Shown here: positions 13,530 to 24,639 of the stretch, in pieces
Layout: every line of letters starts with the position of its first letter
Position numbering within the stretch: position 1 is the first letter of the stretch
Source: Selaginella moellendorffii
Taxonomy: Eukaryota; Plantae; Lycopodiophyta
DNA length: 64,000 nucleotides
Direction of reading: 5' to 3'
Assembly: GCF_000143415.4 (NCBI RefSeq)
Contig: NW_003314330.1
Span: 434,001-498,000 of the forward strand
Program-made: the position numbers and the translations under genes
Notes under the pieces: generated by a model
The model's input: only the letters and a program-made list of their open reading frames with translations
Databases searched by the model: none
What the model was told of the DNA's origin: nothing

Positions 13530-15155
13530 GACTAGGTATATTTATGCTCTCTTGCATCCAACACACCTCCAAGATGATTTTTAGAAGCGTCCATTTGCAA
13601 GATGAAAGATCAAGTACAATCAAGATACACCAAAATTAAAGGAGTTGTCAACACCTTTTTAAAATCTGTAAATGCCCACTCACAATTCTCAGATCAACTG
13701 AAAAATGATATAGACAACCTCAGCAACACTCGTAATAATGCAGTATGATAAAAAAAATGAGCATTAAAATGACCAAGATATTGCTCATTGCCGAAGAAGT
13801 GTTACACCATTATTCACATACTTTTGAATAAAGAATTTTTAAACAACCACAAATTTGTTAAGATCAACTTGCAAACCTTCAAGAGAAATTTGACACCCAA
13901 ATTATATTTTTAAACCAATATATGCACTTTGATCACTTTAGCTTAAACAAACTTCTCACAATTAATTCAACACTTTATGAACATTATGAACATGCTCTTC
14001 TCACATCCTTTTAGAGTGGATTAGAATATCATTGCTGAAGTTAGCATATTGCAAAGAACCTCATTCATCATTTGTTGAAAAGTTAAAAGCATTGTTTACA
14101 TCATCAAAAACTCGTACAGACAAAATGATGTATTATAAATAGTCTTGGGAATATCCTCCTTGGCTATTGACACTTTCTAGTACTCAAATTCAATTCCAAT
14201 TTGGTGAATTAACAATTTCACCCTAAACGATCTAAAAGCTTATTAGAGTGGGGAAAAATGTACATATTTGAGATTGTTATATCTTTAAATGGATAATAAT
14301 TGATGTAGAAGCGAATAATTCCATTAGGCTTTATCACAAAATGAAGTTAACATACCCAAGGACTTCGAGATTTCCATATAAGACTTTTCTTAACATTATT
14401 TAAACATTTGCTCATAAAATTCTATTCTTCTTTAGCGATTGATGCCAAATAGAAATTTTGATTGGACTAGCATCCCTAGTTGGTATAGAATGATGCATTG
14501 CAATCTTTGTTTCAGATGACAAGTCAAAGTTAAAGAGATAAGTATATTGCTACCATAATATAAAGATTGTATAAAGGATCTAGAGAAGGAATAAAAGAAC
14601 AAAAAGGAAACACAATAAAAATAATAGAGAGATAAAAGTGATAAAGCAAAAAGTGGAACAAAAGTGAAAGGAATAGAAAAAATATAAAAGAATATAAAAT
14701 AAAAAGGAAAATCACATTTAACATGATTGTGCTACAATTAATCTATACGGTCAAAAGTTTAATTTAGCACCACATGCAATAATTGGAGCTCAAGTTCAAA
14801 CCAGAAACAAACACTAAATTACATAATTAACTCAAACATCCCTTGATAGAAATGATGCATTTTCTAGAATGTATTGTTACAATTATCAGTATATCAATGT
14901 TTGGGATCTAAATAATACAAAGTTAAATTTTAAAAAAAAGCACAAATCAATGTATTCTTCAAAGATAATATAAATTGTCTCTCACTTTCATCTATATGAG
15001 TGTATGGAATTTAAAAATGGAATAAAGAAATGTGTAGCCCAAAAACTCTACTTTATATACAAGAGTGAGTGGTCCGGATTAAAATAAATATGAGGTCTAT
15101 TAAAATCCTACTATGTTATTATTAATATATTGCATCATAGCTATATATTTTGATC
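13530..15155 (-). mobile_element. Decayed Ty3/gypsy copy (LTR, leader and RT; gag/PR deleted), same family as 61564-64000
   Basis: Reverse complement of ~14985-15150 aligns to the LTR at 61575-61750 (atccggaccactc, gtttttgggcta); ~14100-14530 aligns to the RT region at 63530-63950. Confidence 0.7.
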
Positions 15156-15722
15156 CGAAAATATAGAATTAATAATTTTTTTTATGGATGAGAATGTCAG
15201 GAAGGCAATCTAATCATAAAATTGCCTTAGAAACTGAGAAACTAAAAAATAACAGAAAAAGCTTTAATTAATGGAGCACATAGATTAGTAAGAGTTTTTA
15301 ACACATGCAAAGTATAGTAAACACAAGAAGTATTTGAGTAAATAGCTAAGCATGTGACACTTTTTGGTTTTAGGAACATAAATTTAACACCATATTCTTT
15401 TGTTCTGTAGTAAAATTCTTCTTCTTACATAATCCATCAAAAAAATAATATAAGGTTTTTATTTGCCCATTAGAAATTTTAGAGTAATCATAAAATACTA
15501 TCTTTCTTTAATAACATTCATTTTATAGTGTTTATGGATTCAACTTTTATAGTGTCCATTGATTTGATAATTAATAAGCTTCAGTCCTTGGCCTCAAATA
15601 AGCTAATCATCCTCCATATTACTAGACTTGAGGAACACGTGTTTATTGATGTATTTAGCAAATTCTAGATGAGCCTTATATTATATTAGCAATTTAGGTG
15701 TGGTTAAAAATATTAAGGTTGG

Positions 15723-15917
15723 TATAAGCAACCAAAGAAAACAATTGAAAAATGATCCATAAAGGTTTAAATATTAAAAAAAGAAAGGCCCATAAATAAA
15801 AATGTATATATTTTTCCAATCAGTTAAAAGTTTTGGGATATTTGGGATTAAATGTTTTTAGGTTTGAGTACTACTATGTTAGGTGACCTCCCTAGAAATC
15901 TAAATATCAAGAAACCT
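15723..15917 (+). mobile_element. Old, AT-drifted Cassandra solo LTR
   Basis: Colinear with 12290-12483 (taagcaaccaaag, aaggcccat, ggtgacctccc) with many C>T/G>A changes. Confidence 0.7.
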
Positions 15918-16340
15918 TTTAAGCAACTCTGAATTCATAAACTATTAAATGCTACTTATAAATACTATTGAATATTATCCATAAATAATGCTAACCTAGG
16001 TAGTGGTCCAACACCACTATGAGCTTCAATTACAAAAGAAGATTGTAAGCATTAATTGCAAAATGAAGTGAGCAGGACTAATAAAATATCCAGGATCTTT
16101 TAGACAAAGAAATAAGGAAAGTTTGTAAGTTATCACCATGATTAATCATATTATTAAAAATTGAAAAAAAATTATGAAATATGACAAACCATAATTTATG
16201 TGGAGTAATATAATTAAAACATAAGCTAAAAGTTTTAAAAGTAATAAGGAAAGATTGAAATGAATCATAAATTTAATTTTAAACTTTTTAATAATCATTC
16301 TATATGAAAGTAAATTTTTAAGCTTAATTAGAAATAATTT

Positions 16341-16628
16341 ACTATGTGTTGCATGTAGCAATGCTTGGTTTGCTTAATAATAATGTTATTCCTACGTATT
16401 AATCCAATTGATCAAATAAAGCTTATAATTATAAGCATGTTTATAATTTATAAACACAAGATTAATCTTATTGCATATCAACTATTAGATGGTAGAATAA
16501 AAAAGAATATACTAAAAAGGGTTTAAGAAATTTTATAAATTATAAATACAAGAAATGAAGAATATCTAAGCATATTTTAGGTATATTCACTACCATCCCC
16601 TTATAGGTTTGTTTAAGCAAACCAAAAA
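16341..16628 (-). mobile_element. Short non-autonomous Helentron/Helitron2-like element, copy 1
   Basis: 13-bp asymmetric subterminal inverted repeats TTGGTTTGCTTAA / TTAAGCAAACCAA with a hairpin outside one of them; homologous to 43867-44204. Confidence 0.55.
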
Positions 16629-16765
16629 TAAAGGGATTATTAAAACAATTACCTTTTATAAAAACAAGCTATAAAATAATTTTAGTTTCATATTTATCAT
16701 AGAATTATATTTTATAATATAGGCAATTAATAATTAACTTTTTCGCCTTATGTTTGCTTTGTGTA

Positions 16766-18535
16766 TCATCGGGCTTGGATGGGAGAGGTTGGCAAGTTAA
16801 CAGAGAATCCTCTGGGTAAAGTGGTGGTCTCTAGCTCCGCAAGAGTTTCCAGCTGCTTTACCACCTGTCCCATGGACGGTCTCAACCAAGGTTCCTCTTG
16901 TGTACACGACACAGCAATCTCCAGAATTTTCTGGCATTCCACCTCCACAAAACTGGGATCGCTCCTCAGCCTTGGATCGATCAGGCTGTTGTGGCAATCG
17001 GCTTGGATCTCAACATCCTCCACTCCAGCCAGGTAATTGGTTTCTTCCTCACCGCCCTCGATTGCCTGATCTAGCTCTTCCATTCTCCTCCGGCAGCAAA
17101 CCAGCTCGATCAACACCACACCATAGCTGTAGACGTCTGTCTTGTCTGTGATCGTGGAATGGAGCCACTCGGGCGCCATGTAGCCCTGAGTTCCTCGCAT
17201 CACCGTGATCGTTTGGCTCTTGTCCTTGTCGACAATCTTGGCGAATCCAAAATCGGAAATCTTGGCACGCATCTTTCCATCCAAAAGAATGTTCTGAGGC
17301 TTGATATCCAGATGGAAGATCTTCTCGCGGCATGAATCGTGGAGATAGGCCAGCCCGCGAGCGACATCCATGGCGATCGAGACCCTGCTGCTCCAATCCA
17401 AGTACCTCCCCTTGCCAAAAATCCACGAATCCAGCGACCCGTTTGGCATGAATTCGTACACCAGGAAGTGGAGCGGGCTCTTGATGCAAAACCCCAGCAG
17501 CCTCACGAGATTCAAGTGGTGAATCCTCCCCACGGCCATCACCTCCGCCCGGAATTGCTTGCCAGAGCCCCCGATCCGCTTGACAGCCACCAATCTCCCA
17601 TCCGGAAGAACACCCTTGAAGACAGACCCCGATCCGCCCTGTCCCAGCTTCGATCCCACGCCGAAATCCCCAGTCGCGGCACAGAGCTTCCGATGCCTGA
17701 ATCGCTCCGGCAGCATTCCCCCGAGCTCGCTCTCCTTCTCGCAATCCCTAGCCCGGGACCGCGCTGCCCGCCACGCGAAAACCCCAAGAACAAACCCTAG
17801 AACAATCCCAGCCGTCGCTGCCGCCACGGAGGACGCGATCGCAACCGTCCGTTTCAAACGCGGCCTCTTTCCCGCGCGCTCAAACTCCCATGTTATATCG
17901 ATGATCCCTTCCGAGATTTTGTATCCCAGGGCCTCCCAAACGCCCTGCGTGGCGCCCAGGCTCTTTGGAGAGCACGGTGGATAGAAGCTAGTGGCTGCCG
18001 TACAGCCAGCCATGGCCGTGCACTCATCCACAACCATGGCCGTCACGGTACGGCCGTTGAGGGCCGTGATGGTTACGTTTCTACCGCAAGCGCCTCCTGG
18101 CCGTTGATAGTTATACCATCCGGTGGCCATGGATGCCACGAGATCGGACGGCTGGTATTTCTTCTCCTCGCACCTCGAGCCATTATCGAGCTCGATGTAG
18201 TAGAGAATGGCGGGGTTGGGGCGGCGGCGCGACACTGGCGGCGAGCAATCGTAGAGATAGTATGTGGTGTTTGTGGCGCAGTGATCTTCGTCGATGGTAG
18301 GAGCGGTGTAGACGAATGATTGGGCGGGATTGCAGCCCGGGGCGACTGGGCAAACGGAGATGTGGGTGTTGGAGGGATCGCTGTTGCATTGGCCGTAGGG
18401 ATCGCAGATCATCATGGCCGGGCAGTCGTTGACGCTCGCGCAGGGCTTGCCGCAGGCGCTGCTCGTGGATTGGGGATTCCCGGCCGCGAAGAACAGCGTG
18501 ATCGTGGCGAGAAGAACTGGGATAGAATTGGGCAT
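16766..18535 (-). CDS. Kissper-Kiwellin ectodomain receptor-like Ser/Thr kinase (non-RD), 589 aa, intronless
   Basis: Signal peptide; Kissper motif CGKPC..NDC..IC..CNSDP..TH..C; kiwellin core YDCSPPV / ATGWYN / TVTAMVVDEC / PPC / VWEALG / DITW; TM helix; kinase GQGGSG, VAVK, HLDIKPQN, DFG, APE. Confidence 0.93.
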   Translation of the reverse strand: MPNSIPVLLATITLFFAAGNPQSTSSACGKPCASVNDCPAMMICDPYGQCNSDPSNTHISVCPVAPGCNPAQSFVYTAPTIDEDHCATNTTYYLYDCSPPVSRRRPNPAILYYIELDNGSRCEEKKYQPSDLVASMATGWYNYQRPGGACGRNVTITALNGRTVTAMVVDECTAMAGCTAATSFYPPCSPKSLGATQGVWEALGYKISEGIIDITWEFERAGKRPRLKRTVAIASSVAAATAGIVLGFVLGVFAWRAARSRARDCEKESELGGMLPERFRHRKLCAATGDFGVGSKLGQGGSGSVFKGVLPDGRLVAVKRIGGSGKQFRAEVMAVGRIHHLNLVRLLGFCIKSPLHFLVYEFMPNGSLDSWIFGKGRYLDWSSRVSIAMDVARGLAYLHDSCREKIFHLDIKPQNILLDGKMRAKISDFGFAKIVDKDKSQTITVMRGTQGYMAPEWLHSTITDKTDVYSYGVVLIELVCCRRRMEELDQAIEGGEEETNYLAGVEDVEIQADCHNSLIDPRLRSDPSFVEVECQKILEIAVSCTQEEPWLRPSMGQVVKQLETLAELETTTLPRGFSVNLPTSPIQAR

Positions 18536-18775
18536 TGTAGAGTTGGAGAGATTTGCGGAAAAAGCGATCGATCTCCTGACAACCTGGGGGACTGGTTCTT
18601 AAAGATCGCGGTGGTTTAGTCAGACTTTGCGAGCATCTTCTCGCCGCGAAAGTCTAGAGTTGAATTTGACATTGGGATCGATCGATCGCCAGAGATTTAG
18701 TTCGTGTTGGAGTATGCTCTGGGTAGAAACGTTCCAATCGATTACAAACTCTCCCCCTCTTGCGGGTTTTTAAAA

Positions 18776-20668
18776 ATGCTACTAGTAATGTTGTTTGCCT
18801 TAGTGGTTCCTCATACATTAGGGCAAACGATCCAGGGCAAGGATGAGGAGAAATGCGCCTTGGCGCCTCGCTGCACGAAGCCAGGTCAGTGCTCCAATGG
18901 CTCGGCCTGCTACCCCGATACGATGCGCTCCGGCAACCGATCGCTTCGCGCTGGATCTTGCCTCGACGATTCATCCGCCGGCGCTTGTAACATCTGCGCC
19001 CCCAGCTCCACTCTGATCTACAATGGCACGCAGATGTGCCCCGAGTGCTGCGTTCCCGGCCTGGCCTATCGCTTCTATGCGTGCTCGCCGCCACTCCAGA
19101 TCGTCAACCGGGCCGTGCTCTACTCCACGACTTTTAACGAGAATCTGTCCTGCACGGATCAAATCTTTTCCATCCAGGATCAAGTGGTATCGCTCTCTTC
19201 CGGATGGATCCAGCGCAACTTCAGCATTTGCCTCACCAATATCAACATCACTGCACCAAACAATCGCAGCGTCGTGGCCAAGATCGTGGACGAGTGCTCG
19301 TCCAAAGCTGGATGCACTGCCGGCACTGCGTACTGGGAGCCGTGTGCTCCCAACGCCATCGCTGGAACTCCCGGGGTGTGGAGCGCTCTTGGATACGATC
19401 CAGGGGATGGAATTCTCAGGGATGTAAGCTGGAGCAAAACGAATGCGTCAGTGAGTGCCTCTGGAGGAGGAGGAGGAGGAGGATCCAAGAAGAAAAACAC
19501 TGGGGCTATCGCTGCAAGTGCTGTGGTGGGATTCGTGCTCTTTGCAATGGTTCCAGTGGGATTTTATTGGATCAAGATCAAGGCGAGGTTGGCTCTCAGA
19601 AGAAGGAACCAAGAACAGGTTGAGGAGATCAGTACGCTAGTTGGTCTTCCCAAGCAATTCAGCTACCATTGCTTACAGAAGGCCACAAGGAACTTTGCGA
19701 AAAAGTCGATGCTTGGAGAGGGAGGATTTGGCATGGTTTTCAAAGGCAACCTTTCAGATGGAACGACAGTGGCTGTGAAGAGAATGGACGTGGAGATTGA
19801 GGGATCCAACGAAGGGCAGCAGCAGTTCAAAGCGGAAGTTTTGTCAATCGGAAGCATCCGTCACTACAACCTCGTCCAGTTGAGAGGCTTTTGCATACAC
19901 GGGCCTTCTTCTCTGCTGGTTTACGAGTACATGAGCAACGGTGCTCTGGACAAATGGATCTTTCCAAAGGACTCGCGGTTTCTAGATTGGAGCCAGAGGC
20001 ACCAAGTTGCGGTGGACGTTGCTAGAGGCCTGGCATATCTTCACGAAGGCTGTAGAGAACAGGTGCTTCACTTGGATATCAAGCCGCAGAACATCTTGCT
20101 GGACGAGAACCTGAGAGCGAGGATCGCAGACTTTGGCCTCTCGAAGCTCGCGGAGAGGGGGAAGAGCTACGCAGTGACGGCCATGAGAGGCACGCCGGGA
20201 TACATGGCTCCAGAGTGGCTCCACACAAAGGTGACGGACAGGACCGACGTTTACAGCTTTGGGATCGTGCTGCTGGAGCTGCTAAGCTCGCGGAAGAGCT
20301 TGGAGATCCAGAAGCACTCCTCGAGCGTGGCTTCCACCTCGGGGGCTTCATCGTCGGCCTCATCGCAAGGGGTCTTCATTCTCGGTCACACCGCGGCGAG
20401 GCTCTTCCACAGTGGAGATGTGGCGACGCTGGTGGACAGGGACCTGGAAGTGGACCTGAGCGTCGCGGAGAGATTTGCGAAGATCGGGCTATGGTGCATT
20501 CAAGAGGATCCCGCGAAGAGACCGTCCATCGGAAACGCTCTTGCCATGCTCGAAGGCGACTTGGAGGTGGGAGACTTGCCTCCTCCTCCTCCAAGCGGCG
20601 CAAACTCGCCGGTTTTGAGAACTCCGGGCATGGATTCGTGGAGTAGCTCGCTACAAACTGGCACCTGA
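18776..20668 (+). CDS. Second Kiwellin-ectodomain receptor-like kinase (non-RD), 630 aa from the first ATG, intronless
   Basis: Signal peptide MLLVMLFALVVPH; Cys-rich Kissper-like start; YACSPP / SLSSGW / VVAKIVDEC / VWSALG / DVSW; TM helix; kinase GEGGFG, VAVK, HLDIKPQN, DFG, APE. The track's start at 18704 is a non-ATG codon. Confidence 0.93.
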   Translation: MLLVMLFALVVPHTLGQTIQGKDEEKCALAPRCTKPGQCSNGSACYPDTMRSGNRSLRAGSCLDDSSAGACNICAPSSTLIYNGTQMCPECCVPGLAYRFYACSPPLQIVNRAVLYSTTFNENLSCTDQIFSIQDQVVSLSSGWIQRNFSICLTNINITAPNNRSVVAKIVDECSSKAGCTAGTAYWEPCAPNAIAGTPGVWSALGYDPGDGILRDVSWSKTNASVSASGGGGGGGSKKKNTGAIAASAVVGFVLFAMVPVGFYWIKIKARLALRRRNQEQVEEISTLVGLPKQFSYHCLQKATRNFAKKSMLGEGGFGMVFKGNLSDGTTVAVKRMDVEIEGSNEGQQQFKAEVLSIGSIRHYNLVQLRGFCIHGPSSLLVYEYMSNGALDKWIFPKDSRFLDWSQRHQVAVDVARGLAYLHEGCREQVLHLDIKPQNILLDENLRARIADFGLSKLAERGKSYAVTAMRGTPGYMAPEWLHTKVTDRTDVYSFGIVLLELLSSRKSLEIQKHSSSVASTSGASSSASSQGVFILGHTAARLFHSGDVATLVDRDLEVDLSVAERFAKIGLWCIQEDPAKRPSIGNALAMLEGDLEVGDLPPPPPSGANSPVLRTPGMDSWSSSLQTGT

Positions 20669-20854
20669 TCATCGTTTCTTTTATCAGGTAATAGATTAAA
20701 CTTTCTCTATAGTTTTCTATTATTTGTTTTTAATTTTCTTTTCTTTTTCTTTCTCTCTTTGTAGCAGGCGATTTGCTTTCGCCTGTGCCGCAAATGGTTA
20801 GACAATTATGTACATAAAATCTCTCTCGCCTAAAATTTTTTGCTTCGATCTCGT

Positions 20855-23800
20855 CTAGAAGTTTTCTTTGTGAAACTCAAACCTGCAGCTTGATTGCTGT
20901 GTGTATTCCTGTGAAAGTGTGCGTAGCTCTTTTGCTAGGAGCGCCGGCCCGCAGTAAAAAACACCTGCGAATATCAAAAAGTTATATGGAAAGTGAAAAC
21001 CAATTTGACTGACCAATTGTGGAGTTAGCATGCGTCGTTGAAAGGTTTGAGAAAACTTTGCTCCAGTTTGGACGAGCAAAATGTGTGCGTACCTGGAAGT
21101 TTATATACGATTGATATTATTACTCAGAAAAACCATAAGAAAATACCCAGAATTCATACCCGAGTTCCAGAAACAATGTCAACTCCGTTTTTTGCATGGT
21201 GCAAAGCTTGAACCATTGCAATGAGAGCAGACCTCGCGTCACCCTCCTCATAAACACTCGTGAGATAGTTGTGCATCTCAATCACGGCCTGATAAACAAA
21301 AGATTGATAATCCAAACTTTGGAGGAACATAGAGAGGTTTTACCTTGTGATCGATTTCCGCAACTTCATTCATGACACCTTTAAACCACTCGAACGATCC
21401 CTGCTCCCGCGTCACCCAGTAGAAATACGCGTTTGTGGGACACTTCCGCTTGCGTCTACGTGGGCTTTCGAGCGAGTGTCTCCTGGGGCTCTCCAGCGCT
21501 AGTGCTCCGTTGGGAGATCCAAATGACTTGCTCATATCAATCGAGAATGATAAATCCTGCAAGCACAATCGATCGAGCCTAGCCTTTGTTACTCACGAGA
21601 GATCGTTTGAAGAGGCTTGAGCGCACTTACTTGGAGCTGGTCGGCCATCTTGCGCTGGTTGAGCATGTCTTTGAGAATGCTGATAAAAGGAGTGGCACCG
21701 ATTCCCAGTCCAATGAGGAGAAGAACATCGTACTTTCTATAGTCTTGCGAAGGACCTCCATACGGGCCGTCAATCACCAGCTTTGGGAATTTGCCTCGCG
21801 AGGTTGGGATCTCTTCCGTGGTTCGTTCCTCCCTTAGCAATCTGCTCTTGTTGTCTGTGGATGGCTCGCAAACCTTTGTAACAAGAATAAAATGATCAAA
21901 TAAGAACGTTAGCAAACCATATGATTGGAAACAAATTGTACCTCAGAGAAGAGCTTTCTCATCTTTTGCGTCCAGTCGCCCAAAGTTCTGATGTGAACGC
22001 TCAGGAAATCCTCTCCTGGAGCGGAGGTTATGGAGAAGGGATGCCTGTGGAAAAAAATATAAGCTCCAAAGGCAAGAACCATAATTTGCATCATACCATT
22101 CGAAGGGCGAGACTTCAGCGCACTTGAGGAAGAGATACATTCCACTGTGGTAAGTGAATCCAGGAGGCTTGCTCATGTGTAAAGCTAGCACATTTCCGGG
22201 GTATATCGCAGCCTTTTCGACTATCATAAGAAAAAGCCCAAATCTTTCCAAAAACCTTGCTTACCTTGATGATTTGTACAGTGTAATTGGCCCTGCAAGC
22301 TCGATACACTCGCTCTCCAGCATACAGCAGTAGGGGCACAGCCAAATACATCCATGTCTGCAATTCAAAATTCTGCTTTGAAAAAGATAAAAAGGAGTTT
22401 TGTCTTACATTTTTTTCGTGCCACTTGTAAGTAAGGAAGAGGAAGAAGGAATGGACGAGGAGGAGGATGTAAACGACGATGAGGAGGTGATGCGAGTACC
22501 AAAACGCATTGAAACCGGTCATGTTCTTGAGAGGCCAGGGAAGTTTGATGAGATCTCTCCGGAACCATCTCGACGCGAGAGTGAAGGCGATGACCATCAA
22601 TACTACCATCATAATTCCCGTCACCCCTTCCACCGATCGAAGAATGTCCACATAAGTTGGTTTCTTGTTGTGGAATCCTTTCCCGATCATCCTTACAAAC
22701 TCCTGGTCAGGATAGTTGACAATCCTAACGAAATCGCAAGCCAGGTGAGTTCCTGCGTGGATGAAAACCCCCACAACAATCCCTAGAGCAATGATCTGCA
22801 AAGTATACAAAAACGTTGATGGCCAAGTTGGTATACAACTTTCTCGAAGGTGATCTTACCTTGTGGAAGTTGATATCATCGTCAAAAGGAACAAGATTCC
22901 CGAGCCAAGTCGATCGAAGCCAGGTGATCGTCTTCCTGCAAACCGGGAAGAGGATCAAAGCCATGTTGAGCTTGAGCGTCTCGGCAGCACCCTTGGCGGT
23001 GCAAACGCAGTAGCCCATGACTTGGAACGCCGCCTTGTTCTTGTACTGCACAAACTTCCAGCTGAAGAGCCCGGCCATGGCCATAATCCACAGCGACACC
23101 ACCCACATTCGCCTCCAGTTATCACCCAAAGAATGCCGCGAGTTCCTCAGGAATCTCTGCAATCGGCGTGAGATGCCTGGTGCTTTCGTGCTCGTGATGA
23201 TCTGGCTCGCCTGCTGGCTGCTGTGATCCTTGGGGTGTGGTCCTCGCATCAGCAGCGTCTCTAGTTGCCATAGCTGCAAACCATGCAATGCAAACCAAAA
23301 GCACCAAAAAGGTGGTGTCAGAAAAAACGTTGAGATACTTGTGACGGATTGGAACACTTTAGATTCCCATCCGAAGCTTCTTCTTTGCTTTCTTTTCTGT
23401 TCCCACGTCTAAATCTTCATTTCCTACCTCGATGTAGCCCAGGTTTTCCGGATCCAGTTCTTCCATGATGAGCGCGGCATATTCCTCGGCCTGCTCCTTG
23501 AGTTTCGACAGCCGGTTGGCGGACGCACTCAGCATTATCACCTGCCACCATTGCAAGTGTTCAGCAATTCTCTTCTGGATATGCTTCTTCCTCTCACAAA
23601 CAGAAAAAGAGGAGAAAGAAACAAAATCTGGAAACTTTTTGAAGTTTCAAAAGGTTTGTAAAAATGCATACCTCTTTCACCTCCCTCTCTGAAATCCGTC
23701 CATCGAGGTTCTTGTCACACCTATGAGGCGGCGGATCAGCTGCTAATTACATGATTACGAGCGGGGCTGACTTACATGTCGAAGAAGATCTGCATCCTCG

Positions 23801-24639
23801 CATCGAAGCTCTGATCAGAGATTTGCAACCAGAAATCGTACATGTCCCTCTTCGACAGCTTCCTGAGCTGCTTGAGCCCTCGCCTCCGTGCCAGAGCATC
23901 GAAGAGCTCCGCGGCAAATTCGTTGGAATCCTCCATTCCTGTCGATCAGAGGCCAAGCAGATCAGTGGTGTTCCTTCGAGCGATCAAAACCAAACGGTAG
24001 GAAAGTGTTGCTTGGATCTTTTCTCATGGCTAAAGGAGAGAGAGAGAGAAAGAGAAAGATCTTGGAAAGGGAAACACTACCAATGCACAGCCCAAAATCC
24101 GATTTGTCGATGAAGCCCTCTTCGCTGGCGAGCTTGTCGAATCGCCGTGACACCAATTCCCACGCCAGCTTCTGGTTGTTGCTCTTGCTGATGAATCGCA
24201 GCCCCTGCAATGCGTGCTCGGCCCCCGATTTGGATCTCGCCAGCCTGCGGATGTCCGCGCCACGGCTGCTCGGCGCCACCACCTCCTGATCCTTGGCCTT
24301 CTTCCCCGACCGCGACGACAATTGCCGGACATGGCTCCACACATCTCCTGTGAATTTGCTGAGCTTGGCGGACGCGCTCTTGATCAGCGCTGCCGTCGCC
24401 TGTGGCGATGCCCTCTTGGAATTGGAATTGGATCGCGTGTCGAGCAGCAGAGTATTGCCGTGAGGATCAGCCGCTTGGGCGCTCTGCGCTGGAACCGGTG
24501 CGATGCTGCGGAGGGTCACTGAATCCTTCCTCACATCCAGCGTCAGCTCCACGAGTTGGTGATACTCGCCCTCTTTCGGCTGATTGAAATCGTTGATCTG
24601 GAGCTGGATTGGGGGCAGAGACACCTGGTGGTAGTCCAT
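20855..24639 (-). CDS. RBOH: Respiratory burst oxidase homolog (NADPH oxidase), multi-exon
   Basis: Exon translations: [17 protein letters not shown]; EF-hands ([26 protein letters not shown]); [16 protein letters not shown]; [11 protein letters not shown]; HPFSITSAP; IDGPYG; [12 protein letters not shown]; [15 protein letters not shown]; GVFYCG; FEFHKENF*. Confidence 0.96.

Noticed and set aside
18704-18775. N-terminal extension of the second kinase
   Set aside because: Non-ATG start; the ATG at 18776 directly begins a signal peptide.
17049-20672. Overlapping alternative-frame and antisense ORFs within the kinases
   Set aside because: Expected shadows of GC-rich coding sequence.
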